Virus record (IMG/VR): IMGVR_UViG_3300025411_000008
Location: 1-64,000 of that record
Origin: a virus
Length of the DNA stretch: 64,000 nt
Direction: 5' to 3' (one strand)
The notes below the pieces were generated by a model that searched no databases, was not told the DNA's origin, and worked only from the letters and a program-made list of their open reading frames with translations. Position 1 is the first letter of the stretch, and the number at the start of each line of letters is the position of its first letter. The position numbers and the translations under genes were made by a program. Shown one piece after another: positions 62,249 to 64,000 of the stretch.

Positions 62249-64000
62249 TAGAACTTAGTCAATCCTGCTAACAGTGTCCAAGTAGGCGTGTTTGACGTGC
62301 AAATCACAGTAAACGTATAAGAATCAAGAGTGTTGGCATCGGCTGATGACCATGCTGTACCACCTTGGTAGTACGTAGTAATACCATTGTTTGTTGCGCC
62401 CTGCAATGGGAGTGCTGAGCTACTTGCACCCGCCTGATTACCATTAATGGTAACGTTGCTGGGCAGATAAGCCGTAGAACCATTATTTACAAGCAAAGCA
62501 AAAGTGGCACTTACACCAGATACGGTTGGTGCTCCGGTGATTGCTACTGTATATGAACCAGATGGTGCTGTATTATAGAAGTAGAAAGAGCTGTTTGCTG
62601 CATTAAGCGTAGCTGGAGTAGCTGTTCCGCTAAGCACTGTTGATCCACTGTATGATACAACTTCATAAGCACCCTGAAGAATAGGGTTGATAATAGCACT
62701 AGCTACAGTGAGTGTACCACTAAACGAAGCATTGCCAATTTGCGTTAAAGCACCAGATACGGTAAGACCAGAAGCAGCTACCAGGTTGCCACCAACAGTA
62801 CCACCAGAGATAGCAAGGTTGTTAAACCCAGAGATAGCAGTGGTTGATCCTGTTCCACCCTGTGTAATTGGCAATCCTGCCCCAGCAGCCGTTTTAGAGA
62901 GGAAGACAACTGAGTTGTTCGCTGCTGTATTGATTACTGTAATTGTATAAGTAGCCCATGTGCTGGGGTCTGCCGAAGCCCACTGAGTTCCACCTTGGTA
63001 ATAGGTAGTAAAAGAACGTACTGGCGTTGCCGTTCCTGTTCCGCTTGATACACCGACAGTAGTGTTTAGTACAGTAAAGTTGTTTGCAGTCGAAGCAAAG
63101 ACCTGAACGTTCGTTAAATTAAGCGATGAACCAGAAGCAATGCCAAGACCTGTGATGTTAACGGTGGCTCCTCCAATAAGAGAGTTAGCACAGGTATAGG
63201 TAACAGATGTGCCGTTACCCGATGCTGCCGTTACTGTATAGGAGGTGGGTGATGTTTGCCCATTTGTGGGAAGGCTGGCAGTAGAACCAGATGCAGCAAG
63301 CTGGTAGCCATCAATAGAAATTGATGAAGGCAGGTAAGCAGTTGCACCGTTATTCACCGCGAAGTTAGCAGTTGTGGCATAACCGTTTGCAGCACCACGG
63401 TAAGTCGCATAGTTAATCGGGTAAGGACCCGTAGGGTTTGAAGTGTATGCGAAGTATGGTCCATTTGTGTTAGTAACACTGATGGGCGTTCCCGAACTTG
63501 GAGCTACAGCAGAAGTAGACAGAGCTGTTGAGAATGCTCCAACAATTTGTGGTGCTGTCAGAACTGGCGCGGTGATCGCGGGATTAGTTGAGTAAACTAC
63601 TGTGCCGGTTCCCGTTTGACCAGCCCAAGGGCCGCTGGTCGGATACCAGACACCGTTGTAGTAGATGCACGAGAAACTGTTGTACCAAGTCGGAAGGGCA
63701 ACGCTTGAAACCTGGCTTGCATTTATTTGGATTTTGTCGGTTCCACTACCGGAAACAGTTACCGTGTATAGAGAACTATTTAATGAAATATTGTTGGTGG
63801 TTCCGTTTGCTGTTCCGCTCGGAAGAGTAAGTGTAAGAGTGCCAGTAAGGGTAGTGACTAATGATGTTTCTCCAGCCGTAATGGTGGGGTTGCTCGTGGA
63901 GGTGTGAGTGACGAAGTTGTTCGTCTGTGAGAGAAGCGTGGCCTGCGTCGAGCTGATGCTCTTGCCCTGAATAGCGCCGACCACCGAGGCAGTGGCGGTT
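62248..64000 (-). CDS. Tail fibre-like protein, 5' end probably beyond the window
   Basis: The frame is open to the right edge. T/S/G-rich, with an LPITQGGTG motif and a duplicated C-terminal domain. Confidence 0.7.
   Translation of the reverse strand, partial: TATASVVGAIQGKSISSTQATLLSQTNNFVTHTSTSNPTITAGETSLVTTLTGTLTLTLPSGTANGTTNNISLNSSLYTVTVSGSGTDKIQINASQVSSVALPTWYNSFSCIYYNGVWYPTSGPWAGQTGTGTVVYSTNPAITAPVLTAPQIVGAFSTALSTSAVAPSSGTPISVTNTNGPYFAYTSNPTGPYPINYATYRGAANGYATTANFAVNNGATAYLPSSISIDGYQLAASGSTASLPTNGQTSPTSYTVTAASGNGTSVTYTCANSLIGGATVNITGLGIASGSSLNLTNVQVFASTANNFTVLNTTVGVSSGTGTATPVRSFTTYYQGGTQWASADPSTWATYTITVINTAANNSVVFLSKTAAGAGLPITQGGTGSTTAISGFNNLAISGGTVGGNLVAASGLTVSGALTQIGNASFSGTLTVASAIINPILQGAYEVVSYSGSTVLSGTATPATLNAANSSFYFYNTAPSGSYTVAITGAPTVSGVSATFALLVNNGSTAYLPSNVTINGNQAGASSSALPLQGATNNGITTYYQGGTAWSSADANTLDSYTFTVICTSNTPTWTLLAGLTKF

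Noticed and set aside
62250-63440. Diversity-generating retroelement TR/VR pair in the duplicated fibre domain
   Set aside because: Both copies are coding and diverged at all base types, not only adenines, and there is no reverse transcriptase in the window.
30-63907. Plus-strand ORFs in the track
   Set aside because: They lie antisense to well-supported minus-strand genes and show no recognisable motifs, so they are treated as shadow ORFs.
1-64000. Stop-codon reassignment
   Set aside because: Genes are full-length in the standard code, TAA/TAG/TGA all end coupled genes, and no suppressor tRNA is present.

Overview
The window is a 64-kb segment of a large contractile-tailed (myovirus-type) dsDNA phage. 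Essentially every real gene is on the minus strand. WhiB, an Rpf-like muralytic protein, an MSMEG_6728-type glycosylase and apparently leaderless SigA-type promoters point to an Actinomycetota host (inference). Read in the direction of transcription, it has three blocks. (1) 64000-36857: fibre, NlpC/P60, neck, sheath, tube, frameshifted tail chaperones, tape measure and baseplate genes. (2) 36825-8157: an early/middle block with SNF2, Rpf-like, WhiB, GT4, 3 tRNAs, an HslV-like Ntn protease, 5'-3' exonuclease, a LuxC-like protein, DnaC, DnaB, primase, SSB, GroES, DnaE, RecA, Cas4-like and resolvase nucleases, and a sigma region-4-like protein. (3) 8090-1: unusual hydrophilic Cys/His-rich proteins, including a WYL protein and a DEDDh exonuclease. 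Main leads: a fixed-spacing putative late promoter (TGTAnnAC-N10-TTG, 4 copies); a shared [K/R]xA leader motif on block-3 proteins, suggesting capsid-packaged cargo; strong Ser-Gly enrichment in exposed virion proteins alongside a GT4, suggesting virion glycosylation; a LuxC-like protein with Ser at the apparent catalytic Cys; a uORF-coupled Rpf-like gene near a structured RNA and WhiB; and a homing endonuclease ending in a recoded copy of its upstream neighbour's 3' end. All family calls come from motif recognition by eye. No database searches were run.
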